Source: Chiloscyllium plagiosum
Taxonomy: Eukaryota
NCBI RefSeq assembly: GCF_004010195.1
Contig: NC_057719.1
Location: 19,391,503-19,414,400 of the forward strand
Length of the DNA: 22,898 nucleotides
Reading direction: 5' to 3'
Position numbers and translations under genes: made by a program. Numbering within the stretch: the first letter of the stretch is position 1; each line of letters begins with the position of its first letter. Below, one piece after another: positions 20,355-22,898 of this stretch. The notes under the pieces are model-generated. The model did no database searches. It was not told the DNA's origin and saw only the letters and a list, made by a program, of their open reading frames with translations.

Positions 20355-20446
20355 ATGTCAGGTATAGACAGGATAGATCGAGTGAATCCTTAGAAGAGTA
20401 TAAAGGAAGTAGGAGTATACTTAAGAGGATCATCAGGAGAGCAAAA

Positions 20447-21292
20447 NNNNNNNNNNNNNNNNNNNNNNNNNNNNNNNNNNNNNNNNNNNNNNNNNNNNNN
20501 NNNNNNNNNNNNNNNNNNNNNNNNNNNNNNNNNNNNNNNNNNNNNNNNNNNNNNNNNNNNNNNNNNNNNNNNNNNNNNNNNNNNNNNNNNNNNNNNNNNN
20601 NNNNNNNNNNNNNNNNNNNNNNNNNNNNNNNNNNNNNNNNNNNNNNNNNNNNNNNNNNNNNNNNNNNNNNNNNNNNNNNNNNNNNNNNNNNNNNNNNNNN
20701 NNNNNNNNNNNNNNNNNNNNNNNNNNNNNNNNNNNNNNNNNNNNNNNNNNNNNNNNNNNNNNNNNNNNNNNNNNNNNNNNNNNNNNNNNNNNNNNNNNNN
20801 NNNNNNNNNNNNNNNNNNNNNNNNNNNNNNNNNNNNNNNNNNNNNNNNNNNNNNNNNNNNNNNNNNNNNNNNNNNNNNNNNNNNNNNNNNNNNNNNNNNN
20901 NNNNNNNNNNNNNNNNNNNNNNNNNNNNNNNNNNNNNNNNNNNNNNNNNNNNNNNNNNNNNNNNNNNNNNNNNNNNNNNNNNNNNNNNNNNNNNNNNNNN
21001 NNNNNNNNNNNNNNNNNNNNNNNNNNNNNNNNNNNNNNNNNNNNNNNNNNNNNNNNNNNNNNNNNNNNNNNNNNNNNNNNNNNNNNNNNNNNNNNNNNNN
21101 NNNNNNNNNNNNNNNNNNNNNNNNNNNNNNNNNNNNNNNNNNNNNNNNNNNNNNNNNNNNNNNNNNNNNNNNNNNNNNNNNNNNNNNNNNNNNNNNNNNN
21201 NNNNNNNNNNNNNNNNNNNNNNNNNNNNNNNNNNNNNNNNNNNNNNNNNNNNNNNNNNNNNNNNNNNNNNNNNNNNNNNNNNNNNNNNNNNN
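20447..21292. other. Assembly gap (846 N)
   Basis: Run of N. Confidence 1.
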
Positions 21293-22611
21293 TAGAAGAC
21301 AGAGGGTGGTGGTGGAGGGTTGTTTTTAAGACTGGAGGCCTGTGACCAGTGGAGTGCCACAAGGATCGGTGCTGGGTTCTCTACTTTTTGTCATTTACAT
21401 AAATGATTTGGATGCGAGCATAAGAGATACAGTTAGTAAGTTTGCAGATGACACCAAAATTGGAGGTGTAGTAGACAGCGAAGAGGGTTACCTCAGATTA
21501 CAACAGGATCTGGACCAGTTGGGCCAATGGGCTAAGAATTGGCAGATGGTGTTCAATTCAGATAAATGCGAGGTGCTGCATTTTGGGAAAGCAAATCTTA
21601 GCAGGACATATACACTTAATAGTAAGGTCCTAGGGAGTGTTGCTGAACAAAGAAACCTTGAGGTGCAGGTTCAGTGCTCCTTGAAAGTGGAGTTGCAGGT
21701 AGATAGGATAGTGAAGAAGTATGCTTTCCTTTATTGGTCAGAGTATTGAGTACAGGAGTTGGGAGGTCATGTTGCGGCTGTACAGGACATTGATTCGGCC
21801 ACTGTTGGAATATTGCGTGCAATTCTGGTCTCCTTCCTATCGGAAAGACGTTGTCAAACTTGAAAGGGTTCAGAAAAGATTTACAAAGATATTGCCAGGG
21901 TTGGAGGATTTGAGCTACAGAGACATGCTGAACAGGCTGGGGCTGTTTTCCCTCGAGCGTCGGAGGCTGAGGGGTGACCTTATAGAGGATTACAAAATTA
22001 CGAGGAGCATGGATAGGATAAATAGACAAAGCCTTTTCCCTGGGGTCGGGGAGTCCACAACTAGAGGGCATAGGTTTAGGGTGAGAGGGGAAAGATATAA
22101 AAGAGACCTAAGGGGCAACATTTTCACGCACAGGATGGTACGATTACGGAATGAGCTGCCAGAAGATGTGGTGGAGGCTGGTATAATTGCAGCATTTAAG
22201 AGGCATTTGGATGGGTATATGAATAGGAAGGGTTTGGAGGGATATGGGCTGCGTGCTGGCAGGTGGGACTAGATTGGGTTGGGATATCTGGTCGGCATGG
22301 ACAGGTTGGACCGAAGGGTCTGTTTCCATGCTGCACATCTCTATGACTCTATGACTGTAGTTAATTTTTAGAGATTAATATTTGAATGCTAATTTCCTCT
22401 TTTTGGCATGTCACACTATGAGACTATGTAAAAGATCTTCCTGGATTCTACTGCACATTACTGAGACCTGAAGAACAAACACAAAGGCTCACCCCATCAT
22501 TTTTACTTCACAGTGACAAGTGGCATTAATGAATGCTGTATTCGAAGGCCCACACTTTCAGTTCTCTATAATGCTGTAATTTTTCTGAAAGTTGGTCTGT
22601 GGCATATCATC

Positions 22612-22898
22612 ATAAACATAGAGCATTGAACATAGAAAAATACAGCGCAGTACAGGCCCTTTGGCCCTCGATGTTGCGCCGATCTAAGCCCACCTAACCT
22701 ACACTAGCCCACTATCCTCCATATGCCTATCCAATGCCAGTTTAAATGCCTATAAAGAGGGAGAGTTCACCACTGCTACTGGGGCGGGGCATTCCATGAA
22801 CTCACGACTCGCTGAGTAAAGAACCTACCCCTTACATCTATCCTATACCTACCACCCCTTAATTTAAAGCTATGCACCCTCGTAATAGCTGACTCCAT
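22612..22898 (-). mobile_element. CR1 3' end (different subfamily), runs off the window
   Basis: Minus strand RGVHSFKLRGGRYRIDVRGRFFTQRVVSSWNAP; tail GGCCTGTACTGCGCTGTATTTTTCTATGTTC. Confidence 0.93.

Larger units (their letters stand above)
19459..22356 (+). mobile_element. Long CR1 LINE ORF2 (APE to 3' tail), degenerate, spanning the gap
   Basis: IAITETWL, GLYYRSPN, GDFNFPNIDW-like, SDHN, SGVPQGSVLG, FADDTKIGG and RRRLRGDLIE; (CTATGACT)n tail. Continuity across the gap is inferred. Confidence 0.95.

Noticed and set aside
20350..21362. 336-aa and 309-aa minus-strand ORFs
   Set aside because: Artefacts of the N gap.
15948..22491. Donor-acceptor pairs only ~24-33 nt apart (15948-15980, 16395-16421, 22468-22491)
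   Set aside because: Too short for vertebrate introns; treated as chance motifs.

Overview
Eukaryotic, AT-rich and CpG-poor genomic DNA. The repeat content (HE1-type tRNA-derived SINEs, CR1, Rex1/Babar, Deu-domain SINEs) points to a cartilaginous fish, probably a shark. Well over half of the window is decayed transposable element sequence, often nested: several CR1 pieces, two Rex1/Babar LINEs plus a probable non-autonomous derivative, five HE1-type SINE insertions plus a 46-bp SINE tail, ancient L2 and Deu-SINE relics, a Tigger-like MITE, a solo LTR and Penelope-related short elements. There is an 846-N assembly gap. Nearly all ORFs in the supplied track are LINE remnants or chance ORFs. Between the repeats are minus-strand segments with good splice sites. 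Four of them join in phase into a 148-aa ORF that I do not recognise, followed by a poly(A) signal; others have stops in all frames, so a lncRNA or decayed gene is equally possible. I found no prokaryote-type system, no RNA gene and no nameable host gene. Repeat family names come from my recognition of motifs, not from a database search.
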